From IMG/VR virus record IMGVR_UViG_3300017700_000482, positions 1 to 39,827 of that record: DNA of 39,827 nucleotides; one strand, given 5' to 3'. The notes under the pieces were generated by a model. The model was given only the letters and a program-made list of their open reading frames with translations, did not search any database and was not told the DNA's origin. This document shows positions 34,211 to 39,827 of the stretch, piece by piece (the stretch's first letter is position 1; each line of letters opens with the position of its first letter). A program made the position numbers and the translations under genes. The stretch is from a virus (Duplodnaviria > Caudoviricetes).

Positions 34211-35278
34211 TTAGTAAGCGATGCTCACCGCAGGAATCGACTTCTTAGCGATCAGCGTTACGGCAACTTTTGCGCACTCCGCAGTTAGTCCGCCCGCGAT
34301 GAACGCATTGAGCGCAGCCGTGTTAACTGCTTTCTTGTTGGCCGTATCTTTCTCGCGGGCCTTAGTTTCTCGCTCGGCCTGCGCGGCTGCCTCGGCAACT
34401 CGTTGCTTCTCGGCTGCCACGGCCTCCTGCGCTTTCCGCTCCGCATCCTTCTTAGCTCGCTCGGCCTCAAGCAGGGCGTCCGCCTTTTCACGCTCGGCAC
34501 GCTCAATGGCCAGCTTCTGCTCCAGCTCGCGGCGATCCGCTGCGGCCTTTTCGTTTGCCACTCGTTGCGCTTCGGCCTCGCGCTCTTTGCGTGCGCGCTC
34601 GTCGGCTTCACGCGTGGCGCGCTCGGCAGCCTCGCGGGCAATCGCTTCCTCGCGATCCTTGATTGCGCGGGCTTCGGCTTCCTGGCGTAACCGGATCAGT
34701 TCTGCCTGTTCGGCTTCGTGCTTTTCACGAACCACTAGCGCGGCGCGCAGGCTTGACAGTGCTTTGTCTTTGGCATTGCCGGCCTCGGCTTCAAATTCCT
34801 CCCAGCCAGCGCCAAGCTCTATTTGCTCGGCCCATTCGATGCTGGCTTTTAGTTCGCCAGAATCGAGGTCTGAATTTTCGTTGGTGCGCAGCATTATTTC
34901 TGCGATGCGCTGCTGATGCTTGGCGACTCGCTCAGCTTCGGTAGCCTCCCAATCGGTCAAGGGCTTGCGCACATCCTTTTGCATCGCCTCCAGCTGGTCC
35001 CATACTTTTTTACGTGCCGCGTCGATCTTCGCTGGTATTTTCTTTTGCTCGGCTGCCAGCTCTTTGCCTACCGACTCCAGATAGGTTTTGCACTTCGCAA
35101 CCTTGAATGCCATTGATGCAATATCATCGCGGCCTTTCTTGGTCGCCACATTCGGCACGAATTTATCAATCTCGGCTTGCACCTTGGCGATATACGGATC
35201 AAGCGCATCTTCGGTAGTGAATACCGTCAGGGCGGTGGCTTTCTCGATTACGATCAGCTCATTTGCTGCTGCGTTCAT
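34211..35278 (-). CDS. Conserved lambdoid coiled-coil protein
   Basis: TKKGRDDIASMAFKVAK.KT..VRKPLTDWE..long Ala/Glu/Arg coiled coil..IPAVSIAY. Confidence 0.8.
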   Translation of the reverse strand: MNAAANELIVIEKATALTVFTTEDALDPYIAKVQAEIDKFVPNVATKKGRDDIASMAFKVAKCKTYLESVGKELAAEQKKIPAKIDAARKKVWDQLEAMQKDVRKPLTDWEATEAERVAKHQQRIAEIMLRTNENSDLDSGELKASIEWAEQIELGAGWEEFEAEAGNAKDKALSSLRAALVVREKHEAEQAELIRLRQEAEARAIKDREEAIAREAAERATREADERARKEREAEAQRVANEKAAADRRELEQKLAIERAEREKADALLEAERAKKDAERKAQEAVAAEKQRVAEAAAQAERETKAREKDTANKKAVNTAALNAFIAGGLTAECAKVAVTLIAKKSIPAVSIAY

Positions 35279-35922
35279 GCTGCCTTCTCCAATCGCAATA
35301 TTCTTTCGTTCTCGCTGACCAGTTTTTCAAACTCGATCAGGTCTTTTTCCAGCTCCGCAATGTATGCGTCGTCGCGCTGCACATGGCGCAGATACAGATG
35401 CTTGTCGACCGCCTTGAGAGCCGGCACGTATAGGCAGAAGTGCCACCAGCTGCGCCCGGTAATCCACATGCAGCCCTGAATCTGATCCATGAATTCGCTA
35501 ATGTCGTCGGTCAGCAGAACATCGCGGATGCGCTCGGGATCGATCAGGCATTTATATTCGCAGCCGCCATCGTCATCGATCAGGCCATCTGCGCTCGCAC
35601 CGAAGCGGCCGCAATCCGACAGGACGAATCCCGTAGGCTCAACAAAGTGGCCTGTACGCAGTTCGTGAACTTCGCGCGCAATCGGCTCCAAATCATTGCC
35701 GCGCCGCATCGCAAAATTCTGAAATCCTTCGTCAAGCGGTACGCCGCTGATTCGCTCGATCGCGAGACGGAAAGCATACTTCTCAGCGTCGGCAGTGAAG
35801 CCGCCCTTGTTCGGGCCAGTCTTGAGGCGCTTGCGCACATCTACAAACTTGCTAGCCGTGATTACCGCGCAGCGGGCCAGATGCCACTCTTGCGAACCCT
35901 GCGCACAATTAATTGCTTTCAT
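35275..35922 (-). CDS. exo: Lambda-exonuclease / YqaJ family 5'-3' exonuclease
   Basis: QGSQEWHLAR..ITAS..MRRGNDLEP.AR..GASADGL..EYKC..QIQGCMWITGR. Confidence 0.92.
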   Translation of the reverse strand: MKAINCAQGSQEWHLARCAVITASKFVDVRKRLKTGPNKGGFTADAEKYAFRLAIERISGVPLDEGFQNFAMRRGNDLEPIAREVHELRTGHFVEPTGFVLSDCGRFGASADGLIDDDGGCEYKCLIDPERIRDVLLTDDISEFMDQIQGCMWITGRSWWHFCLYVPALKAVDKHLYLRHVQRDDAYIAELEKDLIEFEKLVSENERILRLEKAA

Positions 35923-36748
35923 CGGTCATTGCCTCCCGCTCCGGCTCTTCGCCGAACTCCACTAGAAAATCGTCTGGCTCGTGCTCGATAACTTCAGGGG
36001 CCGCTGCTGCGCCCACCAGCTTGCGAATGCGATTACGCTCCGGCACGCCGATGGCCGCCTTGTCATCTTCGGTGAGCGCCTTCCATGCAGCCTGAAAGGG
36101 CTGATCGCCTTTCTTCTTCGCTATATCTTCCAGATCGGCAATCAGCTGATCGTGGTATTCGTTGCGCTGCGGCGGGGCGATGCTTTCTGCCGCCGCCTGG
36201 GAGGCGTAGGTGCGCGGCGTAATGTCTTTCTCGATGATGCGCTCGGCCTCGTCCTCGTCGAATATGCCGGTATAGCCGAAGGCGATCCGCGAGCACTGGA
36301 TAAGGGACTTGTGCCGCATCATCCGCTTGGGGTGGCTTTTCCACGGCCCTGTATCGCGCTTACACTCCGAGTAATATTCGGTGACGGAAATCGGATGGCC
36401 GCGATCTTTGCGGTACAAAATGCAGGTGCAAGACTCGTTGTCCTGCTTGAACTCGACGCCATCGAACTGCGCGTGCGTGTTGATGATGCGCGACCAGCCG
36501 TCGACGCCGACAACAGGAACGATGCCGTTGTTTTTATCGGGGAAGGCGTATATTTCTTTAGTCCATGGATTTAGGCCGTATTGATTTGCGACCACTAAAA
36601 GCGCGGTCATCTGCGCATCAGAAACCGACCCCTTAAACGCCGTCGCCTTGAGTACGTTAAGCAGTTCTTGATTCGGCGGTATTCCGAGACGATCCGCCAG
36701 CTGATCTGCGAGCTGCTGATTTGTTGATACTGCCGGTAAATTACTCAT
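35909..36748 (-). CDS. bet: Bet single-strand annealing recombinase
   Basis: LLVVANQYGLNPWTKEIYAFPDK..IVPVVGVDGWSRIIN..PWKSHPKRMMRHK; start MSNLP at 36748. Confidence 0.95.
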   Translation of the reverse strand: MSNLPAVSTNQQLADQLADRLGIPPNQELLNVLKATAFKGSVSDAQMTALLVVANQYGLNPWTKEIYAFPDKNNGIVPVVGVDGWSRIINTHAQFDGVEFKQDNESCTCILYRKDRGHPISVTEYYSECKRDTGPWKSHPKRMMRHKSLIQCSRIAFGYTGIFDEDEAERIIEKDITPRTYASQAAAESIAPPQRNEYHDQLIADLEDIAKKKGDQPFQAAWKALTEDDKAAIGVPERNRIRKLVGAAAAPEVIEHEPDDFLVEFGEEPEREAMTDESN

Positions 36749-36972
36749 ACCCTTTGCCCCTGAAAATAAGATGGTTTCCGCATCACGCACTCCGCATAAG
36801 CCCGCGCAGAGTTGGTGCGCTGATACGCCTTGATCTGCAACACAGCCAGCGCCTTTGCCTCTTGCTCAGTCGCACCACTGCAATCGATCGGGCCGAATAC
36901 GCAGCTGCCGAGTGCGTGCCAGCGCGCGCCGGATGGCTTTACTGTGAAGCTGTTTATGGCCGGCTGCGTCAT
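36745..36972 (-). CDS. Hypothetical protein
   Basis: GGAG RBS; ATGA coupling at both ends. Confidence 0.5.
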   Translation of the reverse strand: MTQPAINSFTVKPSGARWHALGSCVFGPIDCSGATEQEAKALAVLQIKAYQRTNSARAYAECVMRKPSYFQGQRV

Positions 36973-37196
36973 TTCAGATTGCTCCGGAGCTTCTTCCCGT
37001 GAAATTCCTGCATAAATGCAGTTACGCACCATATGCAAACAGGGAAGATGATTAATAAAAGCGGAGCCGCTATCGCAAATACCCAAACCAAAATCAGACT
37101 GGCCCACATAGCGCCATTCCACTGATTCATTTTCTCGCAATGATATTCAGCTTTTTCCATCTTATCGCTGGATCTGATGGCCATCCCACACCTCAC
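36969..37196 (-). CDS. Small membrane protein
   Basis: Long hydrophobic stretch WASLILVWVFAIAAPLLLIIFPVCIWCV. Confidence 0.5.
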   Translation of the reverse strand: MRCGMAIRSSDKMEKAEYHCEKMNQWNGAMWASLILVWVFAIAAPLLLIIFPVCIWCVTAFMQEFHGKKLRSNLK

Positions 37197-37291
37197 GAAG
37201 TCAAAGCTTTGATTAACATGGCGCCGAACAGCATCCCAAATGCAGCGCCGCCGAGCGGGCCGTCGTAGAGCAAATGCAGCAGCTTATTCAT
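37193..37291 (-). CDS. 32-aa membrane peptide
   Basis: GAGGA RBS; MNKLLHLLYDGPLGGAAFGMLFGAMLIKALTS. Confidence 0.5.
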   Translation of the reverse strand: MNKLLHLLYDGPLGGAAFGMLFGAMLIKALTS

Positions 37292-37309
37292 GGCACATCC
37301 TCTGTTTTC

Positions 37310-37499
37310 TTTGGTGGTTGCGCTTGTGGCCGGTGCTGTGTAATTCCGGCATTGCTTAGACGATGGGGACCTGGCGTGTCCCGCAGCAGGTACGCCACCT
37401 GCCATCTCCGGTTGCCCGGTGTCCTTTTCCGTAGCGCTGCACCCTTCTCACGCTCATCGGTGTGCATCAGCCTGCACATTCACAAACGCAACCACCAAA
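37310..37499 (-). ncRNA. Putative structured RNA, copy 2
   Basis: 19-bp closing stem whose one mismatch is G-U only on the minus strand; GTGC-AGGCTGAT-GCAC, CCGG-GCAA-CCGG, GCCGG/CCGGC and two hairpins with complementary loops. Confidence 0.7.
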
Positions 37500-37516
37500 A
37501 AAGCCTCCGGGGAGGC
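37497..37516 (-). terminator. Rho-independent terminator
   Basis: GCCTC-CCCG-GAGGC-TTTTTT on the minus strand. Confidence 0.7.
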
Positions 37517-37527
37517 AAGACCTGGTG

Positions 37528-37782
37528 TTAGGTTTGCTCTACCACGTGGGAATTTACGTAGCGCTCACAATTCTCGATCCACTTGTCGGCCCAGCTATGG
37601 GCGCGCTCCAAGCGTTTGTGTTGGTTTCTATCGAACGGCGGCCAAGTGAACATCTTTAGTCCGACACGCTGACCAGATTCATCAAACACGCTGGCAATCA
37701 CCATTCCCGTATCGGACTGCTGGATAGCCTTGTTGAATGTGCCCGATTGGTTATGGGCGATTATTCTAGTCATCTCGCTCAA
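37528..37782 (-). CDS. Hypothetical protein
   Basis: GGAG RBS, TTG start. Confidence 0.5.
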   Translation of the reverse strand: MSEMTRIIAHNQSGTFNKAIQQSDTGMVIASVFDESGQRVGLKMFTWPPFDRNQHKRLERAHSWADKWIENCERYVNSHVVEQT

Positions 37783-37814
37783 TACTCCGTTATGCGCATC
37801 CGTGCGCGGGGTGG

Positions 37815-38111
37815 TTAGGCGTACTCACGGCCAAGAGACGCTATTTCTTCAAGCTCCGACGCATCTACTTCGAGCTGATCAAGATCACCCTTGGGCTTTT
37901 CTGCAATAACCTCGTAATCTGGATCACCGTGTTCATCCTCGATAATCCTGACGCGGATATCGGGAAGCCGAATTGCACGCTGCACGGTAATCTCGCTGCC
38001 TGCCTCGACGCCGTTTTCCCATGCATGGACCACGAGGCTATCGATACTGCCCTTGCCGCCCTCTTCGGGCTGATCCGCATCCCAAAACATATTTCCATCT
38101 GGCTTATTCAT
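37815..38111 (-). CDS. Acidic hypothetical protein
   Basis: AGGAG RBS; D/E-rich. Confidence 0.6.
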   Translation of the reverse strand: MNKPDGNMFWDADQPEEGGKGSIDSLVVHAWENGVEAGSEITVQRAIRLPDIRVRIIEDEHGDPDYEVIAEKPKGDLDQLEVDASELEEIASLGREYA

Positions 38112-38132
38112 TTTATTTCTCCTGGATCAGGA

Positions 38133-38360
38133 TTATTTTGCGGCAGCTTCGCTAAGCGCTTTAGCGAGCCTGGCGGAGCGGTCGATGCCGATGAATTCGG
38201 CCGGAACCCAGACCGGTTTATCTGCCTCGGGAAATCGGATTAGTGCGCGACCGGCATCCTCGCTGATCACCTCGCCGACAGTGCCGCGCGGAAGTGCAGG
38301 GCAGGTAGTCGATGCTGCAATCGCGTACTTAAGTCTGTAGTGGGTCGGCTCTTCGTTCAT
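38133..38360 (-). CDS. Small SH3-like hypothetical protein
   Basis: LPRGTVGEVI....ALIRFP....WVP.EFI pattern. Confidence 0.55.
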   Translation of the reverse strand: MNEEPTHYRLKYAIAASTTCPALPRGTVGEVISEDAGRALIRFPEADKPVWVPAEFIGIDRSARLAKALSEAAAK

Positions 38361-38476
38361 TCGTCAGCTGCCTTCAAGTCTTGGATCAGTTCGCGGAGAT
38401 ATTGAGCCAGCATGTCATCGCCATCAGCTATTGCTTGCTTGAGCGCTTTGCGCGCATCTTTCAGGTTGCTGAACAT
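38357..38476 (-). CDS. 39-aa helical peptide (not in ORF track)
   Basis: GGAG RBS; MFSNLKDARKALKQAIADGDDMLAQYLRELIQDLKAADE; ATGA coupling. Confidence 0.55.
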   Translation of the reverse strand: MFSNLKDARKALKQAIADGDDMLAQYLRELIQDLKAADE

Positions 38477-38514
38477 AACTATTTCTCCAGTGATGCCCGC
38501 CGGAGCGGGGTTAA

Positions 38515-38883
38515 TTAAGCCGCCTGCCCACGCAACAACGAAGGCGGCGCAATCTTGAAATGTTCGATCAGCGTCGACGCGTGGCCCGCTACGTAATTCT
38601 TGATGTGCTTATCCATCAGCCGCGCCATCATGTGACCGGCCTCAGCTGGATCGGTGAGCGTCTGCATGAGCGCTGCCTCGATAACCTCGTAGTCGTCCAG
38701 CGCGCAATCCAGAATGTGCTGCTTGGCGTGCGCTACGATCGGTGAGAGCTCGCGTGCGGCCAGAGCGACTTCCAGATCGATGACAGCCTTATCAAGCATG
38801 GCCTGCGGGCAGGGCGCTACGTTCGTGGCTTCGTAAGCCTGCTGCGCACCAGCTACGAGGCTGTTCTCTATGGCGTGGTTCAT
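38515..38883 (-). CDS. First gene of the PL operon, hypothetical
   Basis: GGAG RBS before ATG 38883 (the 38919 start overlaps the -10 box). Confidence 0.6.
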   Translation of the reverse strand: MNHAIENSLVAGAQQAYEATNVAPCPQAMLDKAVIDLEVALAARELSPIVAHAKQHILDCALDDYEVIEAALMQTLTDPAEAGHMMARLMDKHIKNYVAGHASTLIEHFKIAPPSLLRGQAA

Positions 38884-38914
38884 GGCGGCTCCGGTGTTTG
38901 GTTGCGATGGGGTA

Positions 38915-38956
38915 ATCATAGTAATCCGCTAACATTGCGTCAATAGTAAATTACGA
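38915..38956 (-). promoter_or_regulatory. PL-like promoter with OL operators
   Basis: TTGACG-17 bp-TATGAT on the minus strand (38943 to 38915); TAGTAATCCGCTA 38919-38931 and TAGTAAATTACGA 38944-38956. Confidence 0.75.
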
Positions 38957-39068
38957 ATATTTTGGTGGTACGGTAAATAAGTTTTAGGAGCGGGGCGTGA
39001 TTTACTTGATTTAGGAGGAAATTTTGCGGATAACGTGACGATAAAGGATAAGGATGGGCTAACGATCT

Positions 39069-39332
39069 ATGAGAGATGCATATGGGTTTCGCGATTCAAG
39101 AGCTGTGGCGGTGATTTGCTCGGCGGCAAGGCGCCTTGGCCGGCTATTTCGAGCGCCACTGAAGCCGGATGCTGCGGCGGATCGGTGGGCGAGGTATGGG
39201 TATGCGCTAAAGACGGCGGATGACGGTAGCATCCTGATTATTGAGCCGGGCCGCGAGGCCGAAAAATTCAAAGACCTGGAAAGTGCGGCCGCTTACGTAG
39301 ACCGACAAATTCAGCAGTCAGCAGCCTGGTGA
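39069..39332 (+). CDS. Hypothetical protein in the immunity region (start uncertain)
   Basis: ORF convergent with the XRE gene. Confidence 0.35.
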   Translation: MRDAYGFRDSRAVAVICSAARRLGRLFRAPLKPDAAADRWARYGYALKTADDGSILIIEPGREAEKFKDLESAAAYVDRQIQQSAAW

Positions 39333-39346
39333 CGGGCTGCCAGTGA

Positions 39347-39661
39347 TTAACATTTCGTAATGTATGGCTCTCTGCGCGGCAACTCAGGCACATCCGCGCA
39401 TGCCAGCTCGTCAAGAGTTATATCAAATAAAACTGACAGGCATACGGCGTCAGATAAAAACATTTCCTCGCCATCTAGATAGCTGCTCATCAGGCCCGAA
39501 CTAATCCCGATGCAAGTGGCTATTTTATCTATAGAAAGATGATTCTTTGCCTTGAGCCTCCGCAATAGGGCGGCGCGGCGCGCATTGCGCGGCCGCTGTT
39601 TTCTTGAACGCTTTACCACAGAGCAGCACCTTAAAGTTGTTGCCATCATGGCCTGCCGCAA
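39347..39661 (-). CDS. Second XRE-family HTH protein (likely start ATG 39649 or 39646)
   Basis: LRRLKAKNHLSIDKIATCIGISSGLMSSYLDGE..L...FDITLDEL. Confidence 0.7.
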   Translation of the reverse strand: MRQAMMATTLRCCSVVKRSRKQRPRNARRAALLRRLKAKNHLSIDKIATCIGISSGLMSSYLDGEEMFLSDAVCLSVLFDITLDELACADVPELPRREPYITKC

Positions 39662-39827
39662 ACCTAAAATTGCCCCTACCTAGAGTGAGCGTAATAAGTT
39701 TGTCATGTTAGCATCATACGGATCGTTCCCTGATTTGGTTCATGGAGCGCTACGGATTTAAGGAATAAAAAGATGTCTATCCGGTGGGAAGAGTACTTGG
39801 CAGGGAATAATGATGCGATTTCTGAGC

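Larger units (their letters stand above)
1..39827. mobile_element. Temperate podophage genome (lambdoid early region, P22-like tail, N4-gp56-type capsid), apparently complete and excised
   Basis: Immunity, replication, nin, packaging, head, tail, lysis, attP-int-xis and recombination modules are all present in canonical order. Both window ends lie in the immunity region. No host genes seen. Confidence 0.93.

Noticed and set aside
34211-35278. TolA-like envelope protein
   Set aside because: The resemblance is only low-complexity Ala/Glu/Lys coiled coil, and there is no TM anchor.
37460-37480. Hammerhead ribozyme core (CTGATG on the minus strand)
   Set aside because: Reads CTGATGC rather than CTGATGA, and no correctly placed GAAA/stem arrangement was found.

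Overview
The window looks like an essentially complete ~39.8-kb temperate podophage genome from a proteobacterial host, in its excised form: attP is intact and the sequence is opened inside the immunity region. Order: short cI-like repressor and cro; early-right genes (Gp49/66 putative nucleotide sponge, structured RNA cluster, GIY-YIG protein, HNH-containing replication initiator with P-like partner, DNA methyltransferase, nin region); late region (beta-helix depolymerase-like gene, terS/terL, portal, scaffold, N4-gp56-type capsid, P22-like tail hub and ejection proteins, a 2OG-Fe(II) hydroxylase + cupin pair, SGNH esterase tailspike, lysis cassette with Rz/Rz1); attP carrying the 3' half of tRNA-Val(GAC); int/xis; leftward early operon with exo/bet. 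The least explained signals are: (i) a covarying hairpin RCGCT-GTGA-AGCGY upstream of four late modules, in a phage with no recognisable Q or N but with a SutA-like RNAP-binding/HTH protein; (ii) two diverged structured RNAs sharing one scaffold, one in each early operon; (iii) the hydroxylase/cupin pair in the virion module. All protein calls come from motif recognition and synteny by eye; no searches were run.
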